From Nitrospiraceae bacterium (GTDB lineage: Bacteria; Nitrospirota; Nitrospiria; Nitrospirales; Nitrospiraceae), in contig JBBIQV010000015.1 in assembly GCA_037442105.1 (NCBI GenBank), positions 1 through 57,366 on the forward strand: a stretch of DNA of 57,366 nucleotides, given 5' to 3'. Shown one piece after another: positions 37,848 to 47,620 of the stretch (its first letter is position 1; every line of letters begins with the position of its first letter). The position numbers and the translations under genes were made by a program. Below the pieces are notes generated by a model, which did not search any database, was not told the DNA's origin, and worked only from the letters and a program-made list of their open reading frames with translations.

Positions 37848-38708
37848 GTGGCGGCGAAATTGATCGATGGCAAGGCACTGGCCCAGCAGATTCGCGAGCG
37901 AATCGCCAAGGATGTTGTAGAGCTCCACGCCCAGACCGGGGTGCGGCCTGGGCTGGCTGCCATACTGGTAGGGGACGATCCCGCCTCCCATATTTATGTG
38001 CGGAATAAGCAGAAAGCATGCGAAGTGGCTGGGATCTATGTCGATGAACACAAGTTGCCTGCGACGACCAGCCAAGCTGAACTCTTGAGCTTGATTGAGA
38101 AAAAGAATGCGGACCCGAAGGTCCATGGGATTCTCGTGCAACTCCCTCTTCCTAAGCAGATCGACAGCAAAGTGATTCTCGATGCGGTGTCTCTGGCGAA
38201 AGACGCCGATGGCTTCCACCCCTATAATTTCGGGCGGTTGGTCGAAGGCAATCCGGTCTTTGAGGCCTGCACACCGAAGGGGGTCATCAAGATGATCGAG
38301 TCCACCGGTGTTCCGATTGAAGGGAAGCGAGTGGTGGTGTTGGGACGGAGCAACATCGTGGGGAAGCCGGCGGCTCTGATGTTGCTCCATCGGAATGCCA
38401 CCGTCACCATTTGCCATTCCAAAACGCGCGATCTGCCTGCAGTGTGCCGAGAGGCGGAGATCCTGGTGGTGGCGATCGGCAAAGCGAAGTTCGTGACTGC
38501 CGACATGGTGCGGGATGGCGCGATAGTCATCGATGTGGGAACCAATCGGCTGCCCGATGGGAAAGTCGTCGGCGATGTGGATTTTGGGCCGGTGAGCGAG
38601 AAGGCGGGATGGATCAGCCCCGTGCCGGGTGGCGTCGGTCCGATGACCATTGCGATGTTGCTGGATAACACGCTCGAATCTGCCAAGCGGGCAGCGGGTA
38701 GACGGTGA
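37848..38708 (+). CDS. folD: Bifunctional methylene-THF dehydrogenase/cyclohydrolase
   Basis: LIDGK, VQLPLP, KDADG, GRSNIVGKP, PGGVGPMT. Confidence 0.97.
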   Translation: MAAKLIDGKALAQQIRERIAKDVVELHAQTGVRPGLAAILVGDDPASHIYVRNKQKACEVAGIYVDEHKLPATTSQAELLSLIEKKNADPKVHGILVQLPLPKQIDSKVILDAVSLAKDADGFHPYNFGRLVEGNPVFEACTPKGVIKMIESTGVPIEGKRVVVLGRSNIVGKPAALMLLHRNATVTICHSKTRDLPAVCREAEILVVAIGKAKFVTADMVRDGAIVIDVGTNRLPDGKVVGDVDFGPVSEKAGWISPVPGGVGPMTIAMLLDNTLESAKRAAGRR

Positions 38709-38719
38709 GGATTGGAATC

Positions 38720-39607
38720 ATGCGGGAACCACGGCGCCTCAAAGAAGTTCTCGACCAAGGCCAGTTCGCGGTGACGGTGGAGTACAACCCGCCGAAAGGG
38801 ACCAATCTTACATCGCTTGTGGAGAGTGCAAAGGGGCTGGTGGGCCGTGTGCACGGAGTCAATGTAACGGACAATACGGCCGCGGTTGTCCGTGCCGGGT
38901 CGTTACCGGTCTGCCGGGTGCTGTATGAGATGGGACACGATCCGGTCATGCAGTTGACGTGCCGGGACCGGAATCGGATCGCCATGCAATCCGACCTAAT
39001 GGGGGCGCACATTCTGGGCATCCGCAACATCCTCTGTCTCACGGGCGACTACCCGACAGTGGGCGATCATAAGGAAGCCAAGCCGGTATTCGACCTCGAC
39101 TCTGTCCAGGTTATGCAGATGGTAGGTGGGCTCAATAATGGAAGGGACTATGCAGGGAACAAACTCGACGGGGCCACCGATTTCATGATCGGTGCGGCAG
39201 TGACGCCGGAATCCGATCCTGTCGGACCGATGCTCGTGAAGTTTGAGACGAAGGTTCGAGCGGGGGCACAGTTTTTCCAGACCCAGGCGGTGTACCATAC
39301 GGAACAATTCGCGTCGTTCATGCGGGCGGTGCGTTCATTCAAGGTGAAGGTCCTGGCGGGAGTCCTGCTGCTCCGCAATGCGAAGATGGCCGAATTTATG
39401 AATGCCAACATCCCGGGCATGTCGGTGCCGCAGGAGATGATCGACGAGTTGCGCAGCGTGGGCGACAAACACGCGTTGGATGTCGGCGTCGAGATCGCCG
39501 TCCGCACCATCAAAGCCGTGCGGCCTCACTGTGACGGCGTGCACATCATGGCGATCAAGGCGATCGACCGAATCCCGGAAATCTTGACTAAGGCCGAACT
39601 GGCATGA
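38720..39607 (+). CDS. metF: Methylenetetrahydrofolate reductase (MetV-associated clade)
   Basis: NVTDN, MQLTCRDRNR, LTGD, AGAQFFQTQ. Confidence 0.93.
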   Translation: MREPRRLKEVLDQGQFAVTVEYNPPKGTNLTSLVESAKGLVGRVHGVNVTDNTAAVVRAGSLPVCRVLYEMGHDPVMQLTCRDRNRIAMQSDLMGAHILGIRNILCLTGDYPTVGDHKEAKPVFDLDSVQVMQMVGGLNNGRDYAGNKLDGATDFMIGAAVTPESDPVGPMLVKFETKVRAGAQFFQTQAVYHTEQFASFMRAVRSFKVKVLAGVLLLRNAKMAEFMNANIPGMSVPQEMIDELRSVGDKHALDVGVEIAVRTIKAVRPHCDGVHIMAIKAIDRIPEILTKAELA

Positions 39608-40395
39608 TGACCGTTCCCGAATTCCAGAGGCACAAGCGCGAGGGCAAGAAGCTCATCGTCGTGACGGCGTACGATGCGTTGTTCACGCGGATCATCGAGG
39701 ATGCCGGCATCGAAGCGGTTCTGGTCGGGGACTCGTTAGGCGTGGTGGTGCAAGGAAAACCAAACACGCTCTCGGTCACGATGGACGAGATGCTTTACCA
39801 CACGAAGTTGGTGGCCGGCGCTGCGGAACATGCGCTCGTGATCGGCGATATGCCGTTCATGTCTTACCAGGCGAGCGTGGAAGAGGCGGTCAGGAATGCC
39901 GGACGGTTCCTTCAGGCTGGCGCCGCGGCCGTGAAGATCGAAGGCGGCTCAGTCATGGTGGACCGCGTCGAAGCAATGACGCGCATCGGTATTCCGGTGA
40001 TGGGCCACCTCGGGATGACGCCGCAGTCGGTGCATCGGTATGGCGGTTATAAGGTGCAGGGAAAGGGGAAGGATCAGGCGCAGGAGTTACTTGAAGATGC
40101 GAAGGCGATTGAGGAGGCCGGCGCGTTCGCCATCGTGTTGGAAGCGATACCCGCCGCTCTCGCGAAAACGATCACGGACACCCTCACAATTCCGACGATC
40201 GGCATCGGCGCCGGCCCGCATTGCGACGGACAGGTACTGGTGCTGTACGACCTGCTCGGGCTCTTTGACGACTTCGTGCCCAAGTTCGTCAAGCCTTACG
40301 CTCACCTCAAAGCCGACGCGCTCCAAGCCCTGCGCTGCTACAAAGAAGAAGTGGAGCAGGGGAAGTTTCCGTCCGATTCTGAGAGCTATCACTGA
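39604..40395 (+). CDS. panB: Ketopantoate hydroxymethyltransferase
   Basis: TAYD, LVGDSLG, VKIEGG, PTIGIGAG. Confidence 0.97.
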   Translation: MMTVPEFQRHKREGKKLIVVTAYDALFTRIIEDAGIEAVLVGDSLGVVVQGKPNTLSVTMDEMLYHTKLVAGAAEHALVIGDMPFMSYQASVEEAVRNAGRFLQAGAAAVKIEGGSVMVDRVEAMTRIGIPVMGHLGMTPQSVHRYGGYKVQGKGKDQAQELLEDAKAIEEAGAFAIVLEAIPAALAKTITDTLTIPTIGIGAGPHCDGQVLVLYDLLGLFDDFVPKFVKPYAHLKADALQALRCYKEEVEQGKFPSDSESYH

Positions 40396-40419
40396 ATGGA
40401 CTTTTCGGTTCCGAGTCTC

Positions 40420-41253
40420 TCATGTTTTCCCCGCTCGTCTCCGGTCCTGGTGCTCCTGGCAGGAGACCTGGAATAATAGGCGATCTTCGAGTCTCACGGC
40501 AGTCAGATCTCTTCCCCAGACACAGCCGCTGTCCAACGCGAGGACCTTCTCCTCTATATGCAGGCCCAAGGCGGCCCAGTGGCCGCAGATGATGGTGGCC
40601 TCGCCATGGCGCCTGTTGGGAACGGTGAACCAGGGGTGATAGCCGGCCGGCGCCATGTCCGGTGGCCCGGTAAAGGCTGAGTCCATGGTGCCGTCGTCTT
40701 TGCAGACTCGCAGCCGTGTGAGTACCTTGATCGCTGCAACAGCCCGAGGAATCCCCGTCAGATTGTCCGACCATTGGATTCCCTTCGTTTCGAACACAGC
40801 TCGTAGGAACGTTGTAGCCTCTGATCCTTGCAAGTGTCCCTCCACTTCCCGAGCAAGGGTCTCCGCCTCGGCCACAGTCCATTGCGGTAAGAGACCGGCG
40901 TGGACCAGGACCTGCCTTCCTTCCCGATGAAGCAGCGGCTGGCGCCGCAGCCACTCCAGCAGGTCTTTGCAATCCGGGGCGTCCAGTATGCCTTGAATTG
41001 TGTCTGTGGGGCGAAGAGTCGCAACGCCGGCCCAGGCTGCCAGGAGAAAGAGGTCATGGTTTCCGAGGACGGTCATGGCTACCGGCCCCAGTCCCTTGAT
41101 GTAGCGTAAAACGCGTAACGAGTCGGGACCACGATTGACGAGGTCCCCCACGAACCAGAGCCGATCCTTGCCGGGATCAAACTGGATTTGGTTGATGAGG
41201 CGCTGCAAGGCTGAGAAGCAGCCCTGGATGTCGCCGATTGCATAGGTTGCCAT
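40420..41253 (-). CDS. apaH: Symmetrical bis(5'-nucleosyl)-tetraphosphatase
   Basis: IGDIQGC, GDLVNRGPDS, LGNHD, GHWAALG, LDSGCVWG. Confidence 0.96.
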   Translation of the reverse strand: MATYAIGDIQGCFSALQRLINQIQFDPGKDRLWFVGDLVNRGPDSLRVLRYIKGLGPVAMTVLGNHDLFLLAAWAGVATLRPTDTIQGILDAPDCKDLLEWLRRQPLLHREGRQVLVHAGLLPQWTVAEAETLAREVEGHLQGSEATTFLRAVFETKGIQWSDNLTGIPRAVAAIKVLTRLRVCKDDGTMDSAFTGPPDMAPAGYHPWFTVPNRRHGEATIICGHWAALGLHIEEKVLALDSGCVWGRDLTAVRLEDRLLFQVSCQEHQDRRRAGKT

Positions 41254-41350
41254 GCGAGCTCAGCCTAGCCTGGTCGCGCGACACGCGCAAGATGATGTAT
41301 TCGAGGCATCTTCGGAAAGGCGAGAGGTACGGGAAAGAGCGTGACAGTGT

Positions 41351-41722
41351 TTAAAAACGAAACTCTTCGATGACCCAATGGTCACCCTCTTTCACGACGA
41401 CGAAGGTGGCAGGTGTGGTTTCAGCGCCGAGAGCGCGAACTGTTCCCTTGAAGGTGGCCACGTTGTCCTCGATTTTTCGGTCGAAGAATTCGCTGGTGTA
41501 GTTGCCGGCCACCACCTTGTTTTTCTGTACGACTTCCTGGAACTGTTTTAAGGAGACCTTTTCCTTCGCGTTGGAGGAAAGATAGTCGTAGGCCTTCTGG
41601 TAATCATGGTGGCTGATGGCTTCCAGTTGAGCCTGCACCACGCGCGCAGGCTCCAGTGTCCTGCCCCAGAACCACCAGATGAGTGAGCCGATGATGATGG
41701 ACGTGAGGATGAGCTTATTCAT
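41351..41722 (-). CDS. DUF4864-like NTF2-fold membrane-anchored protein
   Basis: VVQAQLEA, DYQKAYDYLS, F..VV; N-terminal TM. Confidence 0.7.
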   Translation of the reverse strand: MNKLILTSIIIGSLIWWFWGRTLEPARVVQAQLEAISHHDYQKAYDYLSSNAKEKVSLKQFQEVVQKNKVVAGNYTSEFFDRKIEDNVATFKGTVRALGAETTPATFVVVKEGDHWVIEEFRF

Positions 41723-41831
41723 AGGAACCCCTCCCTTGCTTTAGTCATTCCTTATGGAAGTCTAGAAGCAGGAGGGAAGTCTGTCAAAATCTTGTTCCGA
41801 GACCATTCTTGGCAGCAGTCCGGCTGATCAA

Positions 41832-42248
41832 TTAAGGGTATTTGGCTTCGATGATGCTGCGAAGCCCACCCCGGGCGGTGAACTCACCGGTGACGATTGC
41901 CCATACAGGGTGGCAGGCGTTGATCACGTCCTGCAGAATGCGGTTGACCGCGTTCTCGTAAAAGATGCCGAGGTTCCGGTAGGCATGGATATACATTTTT
42001 AGCGATTTGAGTTCGAGGCAGGTCTGATCCGGCATGTATCGCAGCGTGATCGTGCCAAAGTCCGGGAGGCCGGTTTTGGGACAGATGGCTGTGTATTCGG
42101 GGATCTCGATGGTGATCTGGTACCCCTTGTACTGGTTCGGCCAGGTTTCGATTGCTGGAAGCTCGGCGGTGATCCCGCTTACGGCATGTTGTTCGTTGTA
42201 GCCCAGCTTGGTACGCTGCTGTTTCTTGGTCTCCCCCCTATCCCTCAC
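41832..42248 (-). CDS. queF: preQ0 reductase (type I, unimodular)
   Basis: EYTAICPKTGLPDF, ELKSLKMY, ARGG. Confidence 0.95.
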   Translation of the reverse strand: MRDRGETKKQQRTKLGYNEQHAVSGITAELPAIETWPNQYKGYQITIEIPEYTAICPKTGLPDFGTITLRYMPDQTCLELKSLKMYIHAYRNLGIFYENAVNRILQDVINACHPVWAIVTGEFTARGGLRSIIEAKYP

Positions 42249-42268
42249 CCTTCACCCCTCACGGTTTA

Positions 42269-42517
42269 TTAGACTTGTTTCATCCATTCGAGTTGACCGA
42301 TCTTTTCCAACTCGTAATACAGCGTCACCCACGGGCAAGTCATCTCTGGATACACCTCGCAGAAGCCCCCTTTGCGTACGCCTCCGCAGGGGCCGTGGCT
42401 CATAAACTTGGGGCACTCCGACTTGGGGGCGCCATCGGGAATCGGGGGGCGCTTGTGCACACCGCCGGTATTCTCCGCTCCTTGATCCTCTCCCGGGATG
42501 ATGACACGCAACTGCAT
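42269..42517 (-). CDS. Small MetV/MTHFR_C-like Cys-rich protein
   Basis: CPKFMSHGPCGG....CEVYPEMTCPW. Start 42517 is supported by a leaderless-type promoter. Confidence 0.8.
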   Translation of the reverse strand: MQLRVIIPGEDQGAENTGGVHKRPPIPDGAPKSECPKFMSHGPCGGVRKGGFCEVYPEMTCPWVTLYYELEKIGQLEWMKQV

Positions 42518-42523
42518 GGCGCC

Positions 42524-42552
42524 AGTGTAGACACATTTCATCAATTCGGCAA
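42524..42552 (-). promoter_or_regulatory. Promoter giving a probably leaderless metV-like/queF transcript
   Basis: TTGCCG-17-TACACT-6-ATG. Confidence 0.55.
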
Positions 42553-42825
42553 TGGCCTGGATCCTGCTCGTCATGTTGCTGCCCGATCATGGAGAATGGA
42601 GAGCAGTGACCGCGCCGATCACCCGACCGACGATGGAAGTGGCAAGAAGCCACGGACCTCGGCGTTTCGGGGTTAGGGCGAAGGGCCTACCAGATGCAGC
42701 CGGGGTAGGCCTTCTTTCGTTTGTTGTGGGCCTTCTGAAAAGTTGCTTTGAATGGTGGGACCTTATAGACTGCTATCGATAGTGGATGATTGCGGCGTTT
42801 CTCACGGTTTCCTCATGGTTTCCGA

Positions 42826-42855
42826 TTGACAGTTTTTTTTGCCCTTTGTTACACT
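42826..42855 (+). promoter_or_regulatory. sigma70 promoter of the for operon
   Basis: TTGACA-18-TACACT with extended TG. Confidence 0.65.
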
Positions 42856-43005
42856 CAGACCCCGTCTGATTTTGGCCTTGAATAAGCATTCTTGCCGGCA
42901 TAAGTTCATGACGGTTAGCGGGTTTTTAGCATTTCATCATAGGTAGCAAGGCCGGCCCTGGCGGTGCTCTAGCGAGGGCCTACGCTATATAGAGGAGGAA
43001 CTCCA

Positions 43006-43914
43006 ATGAGCCTTGATTACGTCAAGTTTTCATCAGGCTTTGAGAGGTTCATGCCTAAAGAATATAGGGACATGGTTGAGCACGGTCCCTTCGGCAAGAA
43101 GGTGTCGGTCTCGCAAATGGGAAGCTTCAAGGAAATCCTCGAAGAGCATCCCATGTGTGCCGGATGTGCGATGACCCTGTTTATCCGGCTCGCCATGATC
43201 GCCTTTCCCAATCCCGAAGACACGATCACAGTTGGGACCGCCGGCTGTGGTAGACTCTCGATTTCTCAGGCCGCCATCCCCTTCGTGTACGGCAACTACG
43301 GGGACCAGAATGGTGTGGCCAGCGGTTTGTCCAGAGGTTTGCGCCTCCGGTTCGGAGATAAACCGAAAGATGTGGTTGTGATGGCCGGAGATGGCGGAAC
43401 TGCCGATATCGGGTTCGCTCAGGTTCTTCACTCCTGGTTCCGCAAGGAGAAGTTCACGACGATCATGTTGGATAACGAAGTATACGGCAATACCGGTGGT
43501 CAGGAGAGCGGTATGACCAATCGGGGCGCGGTGTTGAAGATGGCTCCGCTCGGCAAGAAGTTCGACAAGATGGACATGGTGACTATGGCCAAGGTGGCTG
43601 GTTGTGCCTATGTCGCGACGGTGGTGCCGAACAATCCGCGTCGAGTGGAAAGCGTGATCAAGAAGGCTGTGTTGATCGCCCGTGAGATCGGGTCGAGCTA
43701 TATTCAGGCGTACACCTCCTGCAATATCGAGTACGCCATTCCTACGGACAAGGTCATGGAAGACGCCAAGAACGTGGAGAGCGATCGCTACCAGTTTTCT
43801 GAGTACATCACCGAGGAGGCGAAGCAGTACTTGACCGAACGGTACGGGTACAAGGAATTCCTCCCAAAGCCGGCGGCAAAGGCAGAAATTCCCCAAGCCT
43901 CACACGCCTCATGA
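43006..43914 (+). CDS. forB: 2-oxoglutarate:ferredoxin oxidoreductase beta subunit (TPP-binding)
   Basis: CAGC, GDGG, DNEVYGNTGGQES; five-gene order as recalled for Nitrospira OGOR. POR is not strictly excluded. Confidence 0.85.
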   Translation: MSLDYVKFSSGFERFMPKEYRDMVEHGPFGKKVSVSQMGSFKEILEEHPMCAGCAMTLFIRLAMIAFPNPEDTITVGTAGCGRLSISQAAIPFVYGNYGDQNGVASGLSRGLRLRFGDKPKDVVVMAGDGGTADIGFAQVLHSWFRKEKFTTIMLDNEVYGNTGGQESGMTNRGAVLKMAPLGKKFDKMDMVTMAKVAGCAYVATVVPNNPRRVESVIKKAVLIAREIGSSYIQAYTSCNIEYAIPTDKVMEDAKNVESDRYQFSEYITEEAKQYLTERYGYKEFLPKPAAKAEIPQASHAS

Positions 43915-43950
43915 GCGCCCATGATCGGCAAGGCATAAGGAGAGTCAGCA

Positions 43951-44670
43951 ATGGCGAAGAGATTTAACATTCGAATGGCGGGTGTCGGTGGGCAGGGCGT
44001 GGTGACGGGGTCGCACATTCTCAGTACGGCCGTGATCAACGCCGGAGGCGAGAGCACGATCGTTCCTTTTTACGGGTCTGAGAAACGCATGGCGCCGGTC
44101 GAGAGCTATGTACGGGTGTCGGATGAGCCGATTTACGAGATCGGCGAGATCACCTTCCCGCACATCATCATCATCTTCCACCCGCAAGTCATTACCCACG
44201 GAAAGTCTTATACGATGCCGTTCTATTTCGGCTTGAAGGAAGACGGGGTGGCGCTGATCAACAACGATGGGCCCATGAAGTTACATCGCGATCAGGCGCG
44301 TGAGCTGGAGGAGCGCCGGGCGAAGTTGTACTATCTGCCTGCTACCAAGATCTCGTTAGAAGTTTCAGGAATGGATCTCGCGACCAATATGGCGCTGATG
44401 GGCGCTATCGGGTGCATCACGGGCCTGACGACAATCGATGCGTTGGCCCAAGCAGTCAAGGACCGGTTCCTCGGCAAAGGCTTCGTCGTATCAGGTGGTA
44501 CTGCCGCGCTCGACAGCGTCGTGGAACGGAAGTTCAAGAAGAAGCAAGAACTGATCGAGAAGAACGTGGCGGTGATCAAGGCTGGTTGGGACTATGCCGC
44601 TCGGAACGGCTGGGATCAAGCTGTCAAAGCCGCCAAGAAGGCGGAAGCTGCCGCTGCGGCCAGAGTCTAA
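43951..44670 (+). CDS. forC: 2-oxoacid:ferredoxin oxidoreductase gamma subunit
   Basis: IRMAGVGGQGVVT, FYGSEKRMAPV. Confidence 0.85.
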   Translation: MAKRFNIRMAGVGGQGVVTGSHILSTAVINAGGESTIVPFYGSEKRMAPVESYVRVSDEPIYEIGEITFPHIIIIFHPQVITHGKSYTMPFYFGLKEDGVALINNDGPMKLHRDQARELEERRAKLYYLPATKISLEVSGMDLATNMALMGAIGCITGLTTIDALAQAVKDRFLGKGFVVSGGTAALDSVVERKFKKKQELIEKNVAVIKAGWDYAARNGWDQAVKAAKKAEAAAAARV

Positions 44671-44691
44671 TCATGAGAAAAAGAGGATTCA

Positions 44692-45015
44692 ATGTATCTT
44701 GTCGCTGATATTAACGTTGACATTTGCGCTCAGACAAGCTGCAAACTCTGCACGCAATATTGTCCTGAAGCCAACACCATCCTCTACAACGATCAAGCGG
44801 GGAAAGAAAAAGGATACAAGTACGGGGCGGCCTATGTGGCGGTGGATCGCTGTAAGGGTTGTGCTCAGTGCGTCTGGGTTTGCGACAATATGGCGAAGCA
44901 TCATGCCATTAAAATGGTGATGATCGACCAACTGCCGAACGCCGCGATCACCGATAACGTGACGTACGGCGAAAAGGGGACGACCGCGGTTCTGACCAGT
45001 CCACTCGTCGGGTAA
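44692..45015 (+). CDS. forE: Ferredoxin-like epsilon subunit
   Basis: CKLCTQYCP and CKGCAQCVWVC. Confidence 0.82.
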   Translation: MYLVADINVDICAQTSCKLCTQYCPEANTILYNDQAGKEKGYKYGAAYVAVDRCKGCAQCVWVCDNMAKHHAIKMVMIDQLPNAAITDNVTYGEKGTTAVLTSPLVG

Positions 45016-45029
45016 GAAGGGGGAAGCCA

Positions 45030-45794
45030 GTGGCAGCGCATCAAGACACACGAGAAAAAATCATCGTTCCTGGGCCGGCCGGATTTCATCCTCCATCTGC
45101 CGCGCAGTTGGGTGTGATGCTTCCCGAGCCTGGTCAGGGACTCTATTATGGCCTCTTGGAGCCCAATGAAGAGAAGGTCATTGAAGAAATGGCGCGGAAG
45201 ATGTTGACCAGTCCGAACGCCACCATCTTCCCTGGGCCGCTGGTCCTGTGGGCCTGGAATCGGCATGCGGTAGAGAAAGCGCACGCGGTTCTCGAAATCG
45301 CGGCGCAGATTCCGGACGTCATGATTATTCCTATGCCGGATTACCGGCCGAAATATCCGAAGATCGACCACGAGGAAGTCATCAACCCCAATCATCCGAA
45401 TCTCACGATTTGGGGGAACAAGATCGAAGCCTGTATCTTCGTCGGGGTCCATTGTCACTATGCGAACCTGACGCTCAAGATGATCCGGGCGGGAACGAAT
45501 TGCTGTACGATGGCGATCTGCGCCGAGCAGGGGCACGAGGACGCCATGCTGACGATCCGCGATTCGGATACGGCGAAGCTCAAGCGAGTGGCGCAGATTT
45601 TTAAGCGGGTGCGTGAGGAAATGGGCATCAAGTTGCCGTCGAACGGAGAAAACGTCCGGTTCACCGGGCTGCAGTCAAAGGTTCACGGCGGACAGACGCA
45701 CACGAATCCGCTCGCGTTTTCGCCCGCGCCAACCACGCTCGGCAGCGCGGCGATGTTCGGCCATAAGCCGGAACACATGAAGAGCGAAGCCTGA
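45030..45794 (+). CDS. forD: Delta subunit of five-subunit oxidoreductase
   Basis: MPDYRPKYPKID..INPNHPNLTIW; position in the operon. Confidence 0.82.
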   Translation: MAAHQDTREKIIVPGPAGFHPPSAAQLGVMLPEPGQGLYYGLLEPNEEKVIEEMARKMLTSPNATIFPGPLVLWAWNRHAVEKAHAVLEIAAQIPDVMIIPMPDYRPKYPKIDHEEVINPNHPNLTIWGNKIEACIFVGVHCHYANLTLKMIRAGTNCCTMAICAEQGHEDAMLTIRDSDTAKLKRVAQIFKRVREEMGIKLPSNGENVRFTGLQSKVHGGQTHTNPLAFSPAPTTLGSAAMFGHKPEHMKSEA

Positions 45795-45800
45795 GTACGA

Positions 45801-45879
45801 GCGAACAGCCGGTAGCGGGCAGCCGATACAGAGGAATCCGGAGATATCGCTTTCAGCTGTTAGCTGCCAGCTATTAGCT
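45801..45879. repeat. Inverted heptamer arrays in the forD-forA spacer
   Basis: GCGAACA GCCGGTA GCGGGCA GCCGATA ... GCTTTCA GCTGTTA GCTGCCA GCTATTA GCT. Confidence 0.8.
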
Positions 45880-45897
45880 TAAAAGCCAAGAGGTGCA

Positions 45898-47244
45898 ATG
45901 ATGAGCGAAGCGGTGGAGTCCCAAGTCAAAACCAATCCGCAAGGCGATCCCGTGACCAGCGTCGCATCGCCGAAAGTCGAGACCAAAAAAGATCCCCACG
46001 CCGAGGCCAAGAAACAGAAGGTCGTGACGCCGGAGTATCTGTTCCTTGAAGCGCCAAGGACCCGTGAATTTATCACGGGGAGTGAAGCTGCGAAGGAGGC
46101 TATCCGCCGGTCCAACGTTGACTTGGCGATTGCCTATCCCATCACCCCGCAGAGCGAGACGATGCAGTTGGTCGGAGTCCTTTACGGCGAGGGCTATGTC
46201 AAAGAATACTACCGCGGCGAAGAGGAAATCGGTGTCATGGCCGCAATAGCAGGAGGCTCACGGGCTGGTGTGCGGTGTTTTACGGCCACCGCTGGGCCCG
46301 GAACGCTGCGTGGGCTTGAAGGAATTTCATCCTGGCCCGGCCATCGGTTGCCGGCCGTTGCGTTTTTCACGTGCCGGGTTGTCAATGCTCCGCTGGCGAT
46401 CCAGCCTGACAATATCGAAATTGCTTATTTGCTGAACTCCGGGATGATTGTCTTCCACGCCGAGAACCAGCAGGATGTCTTTGATTTCATCATGAAGGGA
46501 TTCATCATCAGCGAAAAGAATGATGTGACTCTTCCGGTCGGTGTCTGCTGCGACGGCTTCTTCGTGACTCACGCCCGCGGATATGTGCATATGCAGGAGA
46601 AGGGGATCAAGCTGCCGCCGAGAGAGCCCTGGCGGGGTGCGGTGCCGGTGCTCGACGCAGAAAATCCGCCTGCCCGCCTGTCCCGCGATGCGCCCGTGCA
46701 GAAGTCGAACTTCATGGCCTACAACATCCACGCCGTCTGGCAGCAGGAGGTGTGGGCGGCGGTCGAGCGTTCGAGGAAATACATCAATAAGTACATGGGC
46801 GGTCTCTGTACAGCCGAAAATGTTGAAGGGGCCGATGCCATCCTGGTTGCCTCAGGCAGCGCGGTGGCTCAGTCGCGTGAGGCGATCCGCCTGTGCGCCG
46901 AGAAAGGGATTCGCGTCGGACTGATCAAGATCAGGTCGCTACGGCCGTTCCCGACGACGGAACTGCGGCAACTGTGCGCGACGGCGAAACTGATTGTCGT
47001 GCCGGAGTTCAATTATGTGGGATGGTTGGCGAAAGAGGTAGCCACGGCTATCTACGGGTATTCCAAGGCCAAGATTATCGGTGGTCCACGTGTGTATGGC
47101 GGCCAGTCCATGCCGGTCGAGTTGATTGTAGATGAAGTGGAGTCGGGGCTGACCGGCAAAAAGTCGACCAATGTTCCCCTCTCTGCCATTATGGGGACCG
47201 ATGTCGATCAGTCTGCGGTTGCTCACTTCATGCAGAATATCTGA
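45898..47244 (+). CDS. forA: 2-oxoglutarate:ferredoxin oxidoreductase alpha subunit
   Basis: YPITPQSE, TATAGPG, RSLRPFP. Confidence 0.87.
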   Translation: MMSEAVESQVKTNPQGDPVTSVASPKVETKKDPHAEAKKQKVVTPEYLFLEAPRTREFITGSEAAKEAIRRSNVDLAIAYPITPQSETMQLVGVLYGEGYVKEYYRGEEEIGVMAAIAGGSRAGVRCFTATAGPGTLRGLEGISSWPGHRLPAVAFFTCRVVNAPLAIQPDNIEIAYLLNSGMIVFHAENQQDVFDFIMKGFIISEKNDVTLPVGVCCDGFFVTHARGYVHMQEKGIKLPPREPWRGAVPVLDAENPPARLSRDAPVQKSNFMAYNIHAVWQQEVWAAVERSRKYINKYMGGLCTAENVEGADAILVASGSAVAQSREAIRLCAEKGIRVGLIKIRSLRPFPTTELRQLCATAKLIVVPEFNYVGWLAKEVATAIYGYSKAKIIGGPRVYGGQSMPVELIVDEVESGLTGKKSTNVPLSAIMGTDVDQSAVAHFMQNI

Positions 47245-47258
47245 ACGAGAGCATGGCG

Positions 47259-47305
47259 AAAGCACAAGAGCCCGTCCGGTTTACCCGGACGGGCTCTTGT
47301 GCTTT
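47259..47305. terminator. Bidirectional terminator
   Basis: AAAGCACAAGAGCCCGTCCGG-TTTAC-CCGGACGGGCTCTTGTGCTTT between convergent genes. Confidence 0.85.
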
Positions 47306-47310
47306 GCGCT

Positions 47311-47559
47311 TCACCCCTGGAGGTCGTCCTGAATCAGTTCTTCGTTCTCCGGCATACCGTGGGCGATGAACTTCGCGTAGGAGAGGTAGATCGCGCTGCT
47401 GTCTCGCATGGCTCTGGCGCCGAGCGTCATGCGATCGAGCAGTTTCGCGTCACTCGATTCCGACGCACGGAGGGACAACACGTGGTCTTCCAGCACCTTA
47501 GTATATTGTGCCATTGCCTGCTCGACTTGCAGGTAGGCTTGCATAATGGGGTCCGTCAT
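47311..47559 (-). CDS. Small helical hypothetical protein
   Basis: SD GAGGAG before MTDPIMQAY; amphipathic helices. Confidence 0.75.
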   Translation of the reverse strand: MTDPIMQAYLQVEQAMAQYTKVLEDHVLSLRASESSDAKLLDRMTLGARAMRDSSAIYLSYAKFIAHGMPENEELIQDDLQG

Positions 47560-47620
47560 GGCGGTTACTCCTCTTGAGGCGTAACATACAGCACGGCATT
47601 CGTAAGGGTCAACCGCACAC

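Noticed and set aside
42552..42782. Plus-strand 76-aa ORF and terminator-like hairpin at about 42680-42722
   Set aside because: No SD or recognisable motif, and the ORF runs through the hairpin. A small RNA or gene remnant is possible but unsupported.
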